Of a DNA stretch of 38,266 nucleotides, positions 14,034-24,684 are shown piece by piece (within the stretch, counting starts at the first letter, position 1; the number at the start of each line of letters is the position of its first letter). The translations under genes were made by a program, and so were the position numbers. Source of the stretch: Thiotrichaceae bacterium (GTDB lineage Bacteria > Pseudomonadota > Gammaproteobacteria > Thiotrichales > Thiotrichaceae); NCBI GenBank assembly GCA_036478935.1, contig JAZGES010000137.1, positions 1 through 38,266 of the forward strand. Direction: 5' to 3'. The notes beneath the pieces were generated by a model that was not told the origin of the DNA, ran no database searches, and saw nothing but the letters and a program-made list of their open reading frames with translations.

Positions 14034-15275
14034 TTATATTGTATCAAAGATGACAGTGTTACGTGGTCCGTCATTAAGTGTCCCTTGCTGATTGTGGTTT
14101 TCTAATAATATGGTTGTTGTTGTCACAGCTTCATCTGGTGACGTATTTATCTGCTGTGATGCAGATGCACTCCCTACTCTTTCAGCTATACCGGCTGCAG
14201 CAAAATTAATATCTGGAAATTGATTTATAACAGTAACCCTAGTAAGTCCTATACCAAGATCACTTATCATAGCAATGCCATAACTTTTTGTTATCGAAAT
14301 AACCCCCGTACCATCCCAATTTAACTCGGCATGATGCTTGGTTGCTGGATTCAACAGCTCCCATACGTTATTGCTTGTATTAGATACTAACAGAAGCTCA
14401 TGATCTGGGCCAGAGATATCACCATTATTTAAGGGTTGATTGCCATTCTTAACTATTGTCCTAGCAGCGACTAAGTTAGCCTCAAACGTAGGAGTGGTTG
14501 AAGTGTTAGCAGCAGAAGCCCTAACCCTTACCATCTGCCCATCATTGAATGATGTAATAGCTGGGCTAAATATTCCTATGATGACATTAGCTGTACCAGC
14601 AGCATTAGCACTGAGTGTTATTTGATTCCTTGATATGGTTGAATTTTTAGAGTCTCCTAAGCTACTAAATGTAACTATATTATCCTCTGGTGCAGAGACA
14701 ATCTTTCCCATAGCTACAAGGGTATTTCTAGTAGTTGTAGCTGTTGTATCATCAAGATAAGTTTCAGCAAAAGAAGAAACTAACAGGGTTCCTGCATCTT
14801 TAATCTGTACATTTTCTAGGTCTCCATTTGCATCCCATACCAGAAACAATCCCTCTTCAGGTGGTGGTAGAGTTAATCCTGTTGATGTTTCTGATTCGGC
14901 GAATTTGACAGTACGGTCTAGTTCTTCTTGAAGAACCTGGGCAATCATCGTTAATAAATCTAAAGCACGTTCATGAGCATTAGCAGGGAATGGATCATTC
15001 TCTATGTAATCAGTACCTTGTAGAAGTGGTATACCACGCTTGATAGTTAACGTTTCACCTATCGCAGGTGGAACATTCATAATGACATCACCACTAGGAA
15101 GGTTCTCACCAATTATCTCGTAATTAGTGATCCTTTCTAATATCGTTTCAAAGCCATCTAAAGTTAAAATAACTTTTACATGATCTTTTTCTAAAAACTT
15201 AAATGTTGTAGGAAATACTGTGGTGACATCATCACCAGCATAATCCTTTCGTGCAATTTCTGACGATACTGTCAT
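14034..15275 (-). CDS. Tail fibre / tailspike protein
   Basis: The N-terminal pattern Y.GD..TT.F...F.......V ... RG.PL.Q..D...N..F.A...E.ALD.L.M..Q is typical of podovirus fibre adaptor domains. It occupies the gp17-equivalent position. Confidence 0.75.
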   Translation of the reverse strand: MTVSSEIARKDYAGDDVTTVFPTTFKFLEKDHVKVILTLDGFETILERITNYEIIGENLPSGDVIMNVPPAIGETLTIKRGIPLLQGTDYIENDPFPANAHERALDLLTMIAQVLQEELDRTVKFAESETSTGLTLPPPEEGLFLVWDANGDLENVQIKDAGTLLVSSFAETYLDDTTATTTRNTLVAMGKIVSAPEDNIVTFSSLGDSKNSTISRNQITLSANAAGTANVIIGIFSPAITSFNDGQMVRVRASAANTSTTPTFEANLVAARTIVKNGNQPLNNGDISGPDHELLLVSNTSNNVWELLNPATKHHAELNWDGTGVISITKSYGIAMISDLGIGLTRVTVINQFPDINFAAAGIAERVGSASASQQINTSPDEAVTTTTILLENHNQQGTLNDGPRNTVIFDTI

Positions 15276-17800
15276 CTTATTAAAACCTCTTGATCGTTTT
15301 GTTTCTTAAGTCTTCTTTCCATTCTTCGCTTATAGCCTGGGCTTAATGATTCCATAACGTTGTAGTAAATTAAATTATCTAGTACTGCCTTGGAATACAC
15401 TGCGTTAAGGGCTGAGGCACCTGGATATGCAAGGGATGCTGCAGCAGGGGCAGCTTGGTATAAGAGTCTGAATAAATCTTTTCCTACATCAGGATTCCCC
15501 TCAAGAGCCTTACTATAAATTTTTGCTATCTGATCTGCGGTTCCAGCAGACGGGCCAGCTAATGTTGAAACTAATCCACCACCGAATCTATTGACTCCTT
15601 GGCCGAATAAGAAGTCACCATAAATACCAGCAGCTCCACCTTGTAGAAAGGCCGCCACCATGGTTGTAGGATTAGTTGGGTCTCTAGGTTCTTTATTCTT
15701 GGCTATGTCTTTAGCGCTCATGGCTATATAACCAAATATCATTGATCCCACCATTAGCTCAGACATTCCAGCTATTGAGGAACCTCTTGTTCTTCTGCCT
15801 CTTACCTCACGACCCCATACCTTTTGTACTAAAGAGAAAGGAAAGGCTTTAAACTGGGCTAATGTACGTAGCATCTCTCCTGCCACTGTACCTGGCTGGC
15901 TATCCCTAAGCATGGTTGCTCGAACCTTGGCATCAGGCTCTATGACGGCGTACTGTGATCTATCAACGTAGTAGGTTCTCAAGGAATCTTTTAGATCAGC
16001 GCGTAACTTTTTAATCTGAAACTTAGTAGGTTTAACGTTAATAGAGCTAAGGTGACTCTTTAATAAACCTTCATCAATATCATCAATAGATTCTGGTACT
16101 AAGAACTTACCATCAACACCATCAAACTTCCTTGCACCTACCGAACGGATTAAATCCCACTGCGCATCACCTATGCCAAACAGAGTAAAGGTATCTTGTA
16201 GACCATCTGGCAACTTTTTAAATGATCTTGTGGATAAGTCTCCAACATGCTGAGCCATACCTATAGTAGAACCAGCTCTCATGGAATCAGTCCATAAGGT
16301 TAAGCCATTCAGTCTAAAGAACGTTCTTACAGCATTAGAGACTCTTCCTGGGATAGCTTCACCTGAAGGATCAAAACGAGAAGTAAACAATCCGGTGGTA
16401 GAATCTAGGCTCACCCCAAGCTCGGCTAATACCCTTCTAGCATTCTTATCTTTAACAGTTAACTGTCTGTTTACTATAGACTTTCCCATATCACCAAGAG
16501 CACCGGCCGCGTTCTTTAACGCCCCACTATAAGCATCAAGCATACCCTTTCCCTGATACCTCATTTCCATAGCACTTATGGGCACATCAGCAATAGAAGA
16601 TAGAACAGCGCCGCCTAACTTAGTTAATGATTGGAAGGCTCTAACACTTTGGCCTACAGTAGCCCCAACATGACTCGCAGGTATATTTGTTTCACCTGTT
16701 GTCTGTTTAATAAAGTTATCCAGCTTACCTTTTCTAGCCTTTTCTAAATCAATAGCAGCTTGATTATCAGTATTTTTTAATTCTCTTAGGAATGAATCCA
16801 TTACCCTGTCATAGTTCCCTTCAGCATTAGGGCCAAGGATCTTCATTAAGCCAGTATTCTGAGCGGATATTCTTAATCCATTCATAATGGTATCTACTAA
16901 CGGGCCACGACCAAATCGTTCGTTATACTGAAACCATCCCTCTGCTTCTCTGAAATGTAATACCCTTTCTTGGCTGGCAGACTTTGCTATATTTTTTGTG
17001 CCTTTTAATCCTGGTACTGTGCCATTACCAAAATGTAATCCTGTTGATAAGCCACTATGAACACTAGAAAGAAAAGCCTCACGATCATCTACTCCAATAA
17101 AAGTTCTTTCATCAAGTAAAGGTTCAATGGTTTCTCGCCACTGTGCAAAGCCAGCATTCCTAATCTTGTCCATGTCATGAGACTGTCTAGTAATATAACC
17201 TGGAAGTTTCTTTATGTAGGCGCCAGCTTCGTTAGCATCAATCCTAGTCTTTTCCTGCCACTTATTTATTACCTTGCCAATAGATAGAGCGTCTTTACTA
17301 ATGCCAGAGAAATCATCACCTTTGTCTATCTTCCATAAAGCTCTAGCTATATCTTGATCTAATTCACCTGAAGTGAAAGCATCAAAAGCATTCTTGCCTA
17401 AGTCCTCTATATCGGCGACTAAACCAGCCATGTAAGACTCTTGCAATTGAGCCTGAGTACCTGCAACAGATCTTCTTGAACCCATCTTTACATCGTTAAT
17501 ACCAACCAATAAAGACTCAAATCCTAATGCAGGATCACCATCAAAACTCCTAACAAACTGCTCTGTGTTTCTTCTGGCAATAGAGTTTAAAGCTTTATTC
17601 CTGCCTTCTATTTTCTTGGCAATAGAGCGATCTAAAATGTCTGCATCTAACCTAGCAAATATTTCATCTTCAGATAAACCAACAGAATCTTTAACGATCC
17701 TATCAGCCTCATTAGCCATAGCTATTTGTTCGTCTAGGGTAGCCCCACCCATCGCATCACTAATGCGACCTATGCAAGCCTCAGAGTTCTTTGATGGCAT
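15272..17800 (-). CDS. Large internal virion / ejection protein (842 aa, T7 gp16-equivalent position)
   Basis: Size, position and hydrophobic Gly-rich C-terminal segments; ATGA coupling to the fibre gene. Confidence 0.65.
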   Translation of the reverse strand: MPSKNSEACIGRISDAMGGATLDEQIAMANEADRIVKDSVGLSEDEIFARLDADILDRSIAKKIEGRNKALNSIARRNTEQFVRSFDGDPALGFESLLVGINDVKMGSRRSVAGTQAQLQESYMAGLVADIEDLGKNAFDAFTSGELDQDIARALWKIDKGDDFSGISKDALSIGKVINKWQEKTRIDANEAGAYIKKLPGYITRQSHDMDKIRNAGFAQWRETIEPLLDERTFIGVDDREAFLSSVHSGLSTGLHFGNGTVPGLKGTKNIAKSASQERVLHFREAEGWFQYNERFGRGPLVDTIMNGLRISAQNTGLMKILGPNAEGNYDRVMDSFLRELKNTDNQAAIDLEKARKGKLDNFIKQTTGETNIPASHVGATVGQSVRAFQSLTKLGGAVLSSIADVPISAMEMRYQGKGMLDAYSGALKNAAGALGDMGKSIVNRQLTVKDKNARRVLAELGVSLDSTTGLFTSRFDPSGEAIPGRVSNAVRTFFRLNGLTLWTDSMRAGSTIGMAQHVGDLSTRSFKKLPDGLQDTFTLFGIGDAQWDLIRSVGARKFDGVDGKFLVPESIDDIDEGLLKSHLSSINVKPTKFQIKKLRADLKDSLRTYYVDRSQYAVIEPDAKVRATMLRDSQPGTVAGEMLRTLAQFKAFPFSLVQKVWGREVRGRRTRGSSIAGMSELMVGSMIFGYIAMSAKDIAKNKEPRDPTNPTTMVAAFLQGGAAGIYGDFLFGQGVNRFGGGLVSTLAGPSAGTADQIAKIYSKALEGNPDVGKDLFRLLYQAAPAAASLAYPGASALNAVYSKAVLDNLIYYNVMESLSPGYKRRMERRLKKQNDQEVLIR

Positions 17801-17801
17801 G

Positions 17802-19130
17802 TTATTTACCCAACATACAGTTTATGGCTGCGCGTAATCCATTAGATTCACGCTCAACAGAAGTGTTAATATCATCTATCTCTTTTCTAACGGCCTTAGT
17901 ATCTACTTGCTGTTCATCAAGAGCTGTTAAAATATCATCGGTATCTGAATCTATAGCTTTAACAATATCTTGTGGTTCATCAGGAATGGCATTATCAAGA
18001 GTATTCTGTGCCTCAATAGAGGCAACCCTTGAAGCCTCAGGCGACATGGCATCTAACTTAGGAGATGTAGCCTCAAAGTCATCAATCCTAGCCTTAACTA
18101 TCTTGGATACATCATCGATAAATGCGGTAGGAACCCTCCCAGCCTCTAAGTCTTCTATGGCTTTCTGAGCATCAGGCAATCTTTCTGCCCTAGTTATTAA
18201 CTCTGGTCTAAGCTCATCCATTGCTCTGTTGAATTCTTTGACAATTCTTTCATCTGCATCAACGCCTTTAACAACCTTTTCTACTTCGCTGGCTCTCCAC
18301 TGTTCTCTAAAGGAAGGATCAAGCTGTGCAACATAACCAACGTCAACAGGTTTGTTATCCATCACCTGTCCCATTGATGCTCTAAGCAAGTCTTGTTTGG
18401 TTTGTGGGCTAGTCTTACCTATTACATCACCAACCGCTCCTAGCCCTGCATGAAGGCCACCACCAAGCACAGCCCCAAACGTTAGGTTAAGGAATGAATC
18501 ATACAATCCGTAATCAGCCTGTTCAGATTCAGCAGCAAATAGAACTAAGGGTTCAACAATGGCAGCACCCACTAATCCCTCAGCAACCCCTACACCAGCT
18601 CTGGTAGCTGTCTTACCTAATGTAGTAGAAGTGTTGGCAACCAGCTTTGCATATCTAGCCTGGCCTACAATAGGAATAAATGCAGAGGCCACGTTAATAG
18701 GGTCGGCTAAGGACACGGCAAGTCCGGTACCTATCTGAGCAGCGCCACTCCAAAAACCTTCAGGGGCAGCACTAATCAATGCTTTACGCTTTATCTCTTC
18801 TCTTTTCCTTTTAATCATCAAATCAAGAGCACCCTCGGGCATTCCTAATTCACCAATGTCTAAAGATACCCCTGCATCCTTAGCTTTCTTGTCTGCATTC
18901 TCTTTACTTAAAACAGGCGTTTGTGGGCCTTTAAACTGCGCACCCTTAGTGCCGGGTTGGACAGGGCCGAACAGCTCGCCTTCTAGCTTATTCTGCCTGA
19001 ATACTGAGCTTACAGGGTTCTCTACCCACACCTGTTTAGCAAGAGCAGATAAAGAAGTATCTAAACCTGTAGTAAGGTCTTCTAGTTTTTGGTTTCTACT
19101 TACCTTGTAACCATCTATTTGAATAGGCAT
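17802..19130 (-). CDS. Internal virion / ejection protein (442 aa)
   Basis: Position in the structural arm; a Gly/Ala-rich hydrophobic central region. Confidence 0.6.
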   Translation of the reverse strand: MPIQIDGYKVSRNQKLEDLTTGLDTSLSALAKQVWVENPVSSVFRQNKLEGELFGPVQPGTKGAQFKGPQTPVLSKENADKKAKDAGVSLDIGELGMPEGALDLMIKRKREEIKRKALISAAPEGFWSGAAQIGTGLAVSLADPINVASAFIPIVGQARYAKLVANTSTTLGKTATRAGVGVAEGLVGAAIVEPLVLFAAESEQADYGLYDSFLNLTFGAVLGGGLHAGLGAVGDVIGKTSPQTKQDLLRASMGQVMDNKPVDVGYVAQLDPSFREQWRASEVEKVVKGVDADERIVKEFNRAMDELRPELITRAERLPDAQKAIEDLEAGRVPTAFIDDVSKIVKARIDDFEATSPKLDAMSPEASRVASIEAQNTLDNAIPDEPQDIVKAIDSDTDDILTALDEQQVDTKAVRKEIDDINTSVERESNGLRAAINCMLGK

Positions 19131-19131
19131 T

Positions 19132-21138
19132 TTAACGCCTTGATAGTTTGGTAAATGGGATAATTAAAGGATCACCAGATTCTAGGAATATAGTATTTCC
19201 ATTCTGGTCAGTGAATAAGATTCCATCACCATTAGGACTTGTTATGGGTTTAGGTCTTAATGCTGAAAGGTAAACTTCCTTTCTATCCTCTGGGTTTTTA
19301 ACTACATCTGATTCAGGAATGAATAGATTAAAAAAGCCTTCTTGTATTTTATCAATAGCATTGTCGACATTATCCTCTACATCATCAGCGCTGAAGTTAG
19401 AAGGAATCCTATAAGAGTCAACGAAAGTAAACCTTGAATCTAATACATCGGTACGAGCTTGTTCTATGGCATCGCCTGAACTAGAAAATGTTCCATCAGC
19501 CATATACTTCATGGCTAACGTTTCTATAGCAGTTTTATGCTGTATAAATACTTCTTCAGCTCCTGGCTGGCCTCTTAATGTATCTTGAAAATCTTCCATC
19601 TCTTCTAATGTATCATCACGTATATCTTTAAAATTACCAGTACCTATGAGGTCTTGGTAATCTTTCTGTGGAACGGATAGAGCCTCACCAAGTCTTATCA
19701 TTTCAGGACTAAAGTCCATGCCAGCCATTACCCTAAGTCCTTCACCCATCTTTTTATTACTTTGTAACTGTCTTTGAATGGTTGACCACTCACTACCAAA
19801 AGACTTCTGCAATGTGCTTATTTGTATTGCTACTTGTTCGCCGCCCTGGCTGAAGTCATTCAATTGTCTAGCTAAGACGTTCTCGAATTCTTTGGTTAAA
19901 ATCTGTACACCATTAGGATGTACTCCCAAATCTTCCTGCATCGACCTTTGAATGGCTGCATATTCTTTAGCAGCTTTAGAGGTTGCTTTAGGATCACCCG
20001 AACCAAATGCTTTAATAAAGTTAGTAGCAGACTTCTTGGCTATAGAGCTGTTTTCCATTACATAAGATGATGGATCATCAGCAATAGCCTTATTCCTTGC
20101 CTTGATTGCTGAGTTTAAAATATTGAATTGTTTTGATTCTCTGGTGAATTCTTGTGCCTGCGTAGGTCGCTGCGATTCAACTATAGCGTTCAGTTCTTCT
20201 GGGGATGCAGTTTTTATCTTGTTCATCTCTTGACCAAATGATCTGGAATCAGAGATCAACTCATTTACATCTGGTGCTTTATCACCAAATACGGCGCTAA
20301 CGTTATCAGGACTAAACTTTGCAGCGCTGGCCTCATCATCCTTTCCGCTAGACAGGAAGCTAACATAATCGTTTAGATCATTAGAAAACTTTCTATTTGA
20401 TGCGGAATCTCTTTGCTTTACGTCTCTTTCGGCTGAATTAAGAATACGAGCAAGGGTTTTAGAATCAGTGAACTCATCCCATTTACCTTCCTTAATTTCA
20501 CTTATTACATCTTGCCCCTCACCTCTATCTATACGGCCACCAAGAGCATTAGTGGTTATCTCATTAAATGATTTAATCCTGGCTTGTTCAATGTCAACCA
20601 CTCCACCAGAAGTTTCCTCTAATCCAACAAGAGCTGATTCCACACGACCAAAAGCCTCAGCAACATCAGTACGACCGCCTATTACTTCAGATTGAATGTC
20701 ATCTATGCCTTTCTCAAAAGACCTAACTCTATTTTGTACATTAAGGTTTGATTGATGGCGCGAATATGATGGAAAGAATTTCCTTGTAAAGGCATTATCA
20801 GATTGAGCAATTAAATCGTTTCTAGCTTCAACGCTAGGAGCATTATCAGCAAATGATCCTGCGCGCTTTCTAAACTCTTCTTGAAGAGTAGACATATCAA
20901 CATTAGAACCTTTTGTCTCAATGTCTGAAAGCAACTCGCTTTCACTTCTTAATAATGCGTTTATGTTCTCAGCAACAAATGCTGCGTCATCAGATTCTTT
21001 CTGTCTTTTAAGAATGATACCAGTTGTACGGCCCAAACCTTCTAAGGCTCTAGCAGGCGCAGTAGCCGCTCCTGGGTCTATTCTTGCCTGACCTACGCGA
21101 AGATTGCTAACTATCTGTGGTTGAGGTATTACAGGCAT
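19132..21138 (-). CDS. Internal virion protein (668 aa)
   Basis: Position in the structural arm; tightly packed with its neighbours. Confidence 0.6.
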   Translation of the reverse strand: MPVIPQPQIVSNLRVGQARIDPGAATAPARALEGLGRTTGIILKRQKESDDAAFVAENINALLRSESELLSDIETKGSNVDMSTLQEEFRKRAGSFADNAPSVEARNDLIAQSDNAFTRKFFPSYSRHQSNLNVQNRVRSFEKGIDDIQSEVIGGRTDVAEAFGRVESALVGLEETSGGVVDIEQARIKSFNEITTNALGGRIDRGEGQDVISEIKEGKWDEFTDSKTLARILNSAERDVKQRDSASNRKFSNDLNDYVSFLSSGKDDEASAAKFSPDNVSAVFGDKAPDVNELISDSRSFGQEMNKIKTASPEELNAIVESQRPTQAQEFTRESKQFNILNSAIKARNKAIADDPSSYVMENSSIAKKSATNFIKAFGSGDPKATSKAAKEYAAIQRSMQEDLGVHPNGVQILTKEFENVLARQLNDFSQGGEQVAIQISTLQKSFGSEWSTIQRQLQSNKKMGEGLRVMAGMDFSPEMIRLGEALSVPQKDYQDLIGTGNFKDIRDDTLEEMEDFQDTLRGQPGAEEVFIQHKTAIETLAMKYMADGTFSSSGDAIEQARTDVLDSRFTFVDSYRIPSNFSADDVEDNVDNAIDKIQEGFFNLFIPESDVVKNPEDRKEVYLSALRPKPITSPNGDGILFTDQNGNTIFLESGDPLIIPFTKLSRR

Positions 21139-21512
21139 TAAGAAAACCCTGTTAATAAAGAAGTTGCGCCCTTAATCAATCCGCCTTTTCTAAGTTGGTC
21201 TGCTTCAAATTCTCTGGCTTGTATACCAGCCTCAGCGCCGAACTGTATGTTTAATGCTTCAAGCTCAGCATCTATTGCTGATTGTTTCATTACCTCAAGT
21301 ATACTTCCTGATTGAGCTACCCCACTCTTAGAAGCCGCTACCTGTTGTCTTCCTCTTAATATTGCTGATTGCTTCCTAAGCTTTTGTTCTTCAAAGGTCG
21401 CACTGCTTTGTATTAATTCAGCATTTCTTTCTTTTATTTCAGCTTGAGTATTAGCTCCACCTATACTGCCAAGAGCAGAAAGCGCAAAACCTAATTCGAT
21501 ACCTGTACACAT
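21138..21512 (-). CDS. Small internal virion protein (124 aa, begins Met-Cys)
   Basis: The MC start, Gln/Ala-rich coiled segment and position after the nozzle gene resemble small podovirus core proteins. Confidence 0.6.
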   Translation of the reverse strand: MCTGIELGFALSALGSIGGANTQAEIKERNAELIQSSATFEEQKLRKQSAILRGRQQVAASKSGVAQSGSILEVMKQSAIDAELEALNIQFGAEAGIQAREFEADQLRKGGLIKGATSLLTGFS

Positions 21513-23578
21513 TATCCGTTAGTCCTCACTCTTTGCATAATCGCTAATACTGTCATTGGTAATGGCTGATCCTGCCTTAAATAAACCCTACCATCTGTTG
21601 TATAACCGGCGGGCATAGGTTGCTCTTTATCACCAGTAAATCTTGCAGGAGGTGAACCCATAGGTACGGCGCTAGTTCTAAAAAATACAGTATTAAGATT
21701 ATCCTCTGTCGATCCAAACTTAAGCCCAAGAGAGTCAAATAATCTAATATCTATTTTGTGTGATCTTTTGATCTTACCTTGAGACGAACCATCAGCCGAT
21801 CCAGCATCAATCCTCATAGTCTGCAAATCAGATATGTACTGCAAACCAGCACTTACTTTACTTGCAGGTCTATCTAAAGTTATTATACCATTCACAACCA
21901 CCTTATCAGGTGAGGTAGCTCCATCAGCAAGAACCTGTACCGTTTCACCTTCTAAGTGCTCTAAATTACCTACTTGAGTTGTAGAGAAACCTGAAAAAGT
22001 AATACCTGAATCAACAAAGAAATCATCTGCATCATCAGGATTTATTGTTCCTCTACCTTCAGTCAATACAGCAATGTGGCGAACCTCTGCACCATTAATG
22101 AATCTTTTTACAGATATCCATAATTCATCACGATCATCACCCGGTATTACTGCAACACTCTCTACTTTTGCAGGTGCCCCTAAAGCATCTGATACACCAC
22201 CAACAATATGACGGTGCCAACCAGATACGGCTTGGTCTCTTTCAAATGTAAGACCTAATAATTCACCATCTTTACGGACAGCCCATATGATCGGGTCTGG
22301 TTCTCTTTGATGCTCTAACTCAACTAAACCATTACCAGTCACATGCTCTGACAATAATGTTAAGTCTGGGGCAATATAAGAATCAGATTCAAACTGATAA
22401 ATGAATTGTCTTAGTTTCTTTGTTGATCTTTGAATAAATAAAACTACACCACTAGACCTGACAGGCATAATATAGGCACAGCCATACTCTGATTGAATGA
22501 CTATCTTTATGTTAGATGGAGTAACTGCCTCCTCTCTGGTTGAGGCGGATAGTAAAAACTCACCGCCTACAGTTCCAATGGTTAACGATTTACCAGGAGA
22601 TAACCATCTAATTGCATTCTCTTGACCGCTAGCAATTGTATAGGTCACAGCATCAGCAGGCTTTGGACCAGGACTGAAATCATTGTATATATTAGACTGT
22701 GAACCCCATATTGTTTGAGGTTGAAGAGCAGTGCCAGCATACATTAATCTATCTTCATAAAACGCAATAGCAGACGGGAAACCTGTTGTGTCGCTAAAAG
22801 CTCCTAACCTCCAAAATTTGCGCGCGCTTCCTGATACAAAAGCATCAATTATATTGATGATAACCGATGTAGTAGACTGAAATTCTGTTATAACACCATA
22901 ACCAAAATTATCATTATCTTCGTTAGGTTCATCCGTTTCATCTATCCTTAATAATCTTCCTACATCTGTAGCAACAAACACATCATCGGATGCTATTATC
23001 TGTGATGGTCCAGGGGATATTCCGGTAGGGTCAAATGTAATATCAGTTATATTTTCATCTTGATAAGGGCCATTAACAAATTCCTCATCTTCAAGTGTGA
23101 ATTGATCTACACTTATTCTGGATAACTTTGCCGGTGGGTGGTTAGGATGGACTATGTATAAAACATCAGCAGATTGAGCAAACTGCATTTCAAATAATTC
23201 AGACTCAAGATAGGGTGATGAAATCTCTATTAATGTTGCTGGAGTAGCAAAATCACTAGAAAAATCACTAGAAAAACCACCGCCTCCTATAGGCATCTGG
23301 TCTCTGAAGAAACGTATATAATTCTCTCCAAACTCAAGCACGTAAGCTTGCTCAACAGAAAATTGGAAGGGTACTAATCTTATTTTGTCTTCACCAACCT
23401 TGCCATTAGATATATGCTTTGTGCCACCTCTTCTAGTAGCTCCACCATGAGGATGGATAAGCATATTCTCAAGCTTTATAACACCATTGAAATACTTAGC
23501 TATATCTACACGACCCTCAAGACGCGGCGATAATTCACCAGCAGTAAAATTGGTCTGTATCTGAGCAGCTTTAGGCAT
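21512..23578 (-). CDS. Tail tubular protein B / nozzle-like protein (688 aa)
   Basis: The N-terminus QTNFTAGELSPRLEGRVDIAKY...HGGATRRGG is a pattern recalled from podovirus nozzle or stabilisation proteins. It follows the adaptor gene. Confidence 0.6.
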   Translation of the reverse strand: MPKAAQIQTNFTAGELSPRLEGRVDIAKYFNGVIKLENMLIHPHGGATRRGGTKHISNGKVGEDKIRLVPFQFSVEQAYVLEFGENYIRFFRDQMPIGGGGFSSDFSSDFATPATLIEISSPYLESELFEMQFAQSADVLYIVHPNHPPAKLSRISVDQFTLEDEEFVNGPYQDENITDITFDPTGISPGPSQIIASDDVFVATDVGRLLRIDETDEPNEDNDNFGYGVITEFQSTTSVIINIIDAFVSGSARKFWRLGAFSDTTGFPSAIAFYEDRLMYAGTALQPQTIWGSQSNIYNDFSPGPKPADAVTYTIASGQENAIRWLSPGKSLTIGTVGGEFLLSASTREEAVTPSNIKIVIQSEYGCAYIMPVRSSGVVLFIQRSTKKLRQFIYQFESDSYIAPDLTLLSEHVTGNGLVELEHQREPDPIIWAVRKDGELLGLTFERDQAVSGWHRHIVGGVSDALGAPAKVESVAVIPGDDRDELWISVKRFINGAEVRHIAVLTEGRGTINPDDADDFFVDSGITFSGFSTTQVGNLEHLEGETVQVLADGATSPDKVVVNGIITLDRPASKVSAGLQYISDLQTMRIDAGSADGSSQGKIKRSHKIDIRLFDSLGLKFGSTEDNLNTVFFRTSAVPMGSPPARFTGDKEQPMPAGYTTDGRVYLRQDQPLPMTVLAIMQRVRTNG

Positions 23579-23580
23579 CG

Positions 23581-24138
23581 TTAAAGCCTTGCATTAATCC
23601 AATCATCCGACTGGATAGACCTAGGAATACCCTCTTGGCCATCAATGGTTTTAGCAAGACTCATTTTCTGTCTATATTTTTGTTCAAAGAACTGACTTAA
23701 AGCATTATTATCTGCCAAGTTATATGACATTTTTTCGGCTAAACGTAAAGCAAGAGCTTCCACAAATAAAGGATCAAACGCAGCGGTATCAGTTATTCTT
23801 GATGTGTACTCTATCTTTACCGAATTAGTATTAATAAGAAGCTTGCTGCCCTCAACTCTAAAGTCCAAATGGTCATCTTCAATCTTAACAATACGGATAT
23901 AATCCGATGGTAGCTGAAACTGAGCATCAAATTCATATATAGGGTTATCAAGTAAACGAGCAAGGCTTGCACGCTTGATAGCAAAGTTCCAAGGATGCTC
24001 CCTTAGCACCATGTCTCTGGTATCAGCAAAAAACAAATTACATAATCTGGCCGCCTTTGAATCTTCACTCAAAGCGATAATAGGTTCTTCGCCAAGCTCT
24101 GAAAGAGCTATGTTACAAATATCTACTTCAGAAGCCAT
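23581..24138 (-). CDS. Head-tail adaptor / tail tubular protein A-like (185 aa)
   Basis: DICNIALSELGE...LCNLFF..TRD.VLREHPWNFA is a motif common in podovirus gp11-position proteins. Confidence 0.6.
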   Translation of the reverse strand: MASEVDICNIALSELGEEPIIALSEDSKAARLCNLFFADTRDMVLREHPWNFAIKRASLARLLDNPIYEFDAQFQLPSDYIRIVKIEDDHLDFRVEGSKLLINTNSVKIEYTSRITDTAAFDPLFVEALALRLAEKMSYNLADNNALSQFFEQKYRQKMSLAKTIDGQEGIPRSIQSDDWINARL

Positions 24139-24174
24139 GTGTAACCTTAAGAAAGGGGCCGAAGCCCCTATTCG

Positions 24175-24675
24175 TTAGTCAAGTGTGTAATACAACTCAA
24201 TAGTTATAGTCCCACCAATATCAATATTGGCATCCAATAAGGTAAGCTTAATATCAAGATCACCCAATGGATCCTCTGTTTGACTCGCTACATATTCCCA
24301 AAGACGCTTGCCATAATCAGCAATGTCTTTAACAACAGCAGTATCAACCGCAGCAACTACAGCCAAACCATCATTCAAAGCATCTTCATCATCGGTAATA
24401 ACACTCTTACCAGATAGATTGAATACGCCGATATCAATGGTTGCCGCAGTGGTAGTAAGGATATCAGTGTATATCCTTGAATTACCTAGTATACGGGCGT
24501 TAGAAGGCAGACGAGCCATCAAGTAAGTAGACGTTGCTGTGTCAGCAGCTCCTGCCTCAACAGTCTCAATCCACGATCTTACAGCACCACCTCCAGTACC
24601 AGGAGGCCCAAGTTCTTTTAGATCAGAAGCCAAAGGCGTCATCACGAAAGAACCATTAAGATTTACAACAGCCAT
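24175..24675 (-). CDS. Virion protein, possibly capsid decoration or cement (by position only)
   Basis: It lies immediately downstream of the major capsid gene. No motif was recognised. Confidence 0.55.
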   Translation of the reverse strand: MAVVNLNGSFVMTPLASDLKELGPPGTGGGAVRSWIETVEAGAADTATSTYLMARLPSNARILGNSRIYTDILTTTAATIDIGVFNLSGKSVITDDEDALNDGLAVVAAVDTAVVKDIADYGKRLWEYVASQTEDPLGDLDIKLTLLDANIDIGGTITIELYYTLD

Positions 24676-24684
24676 AATAACCTC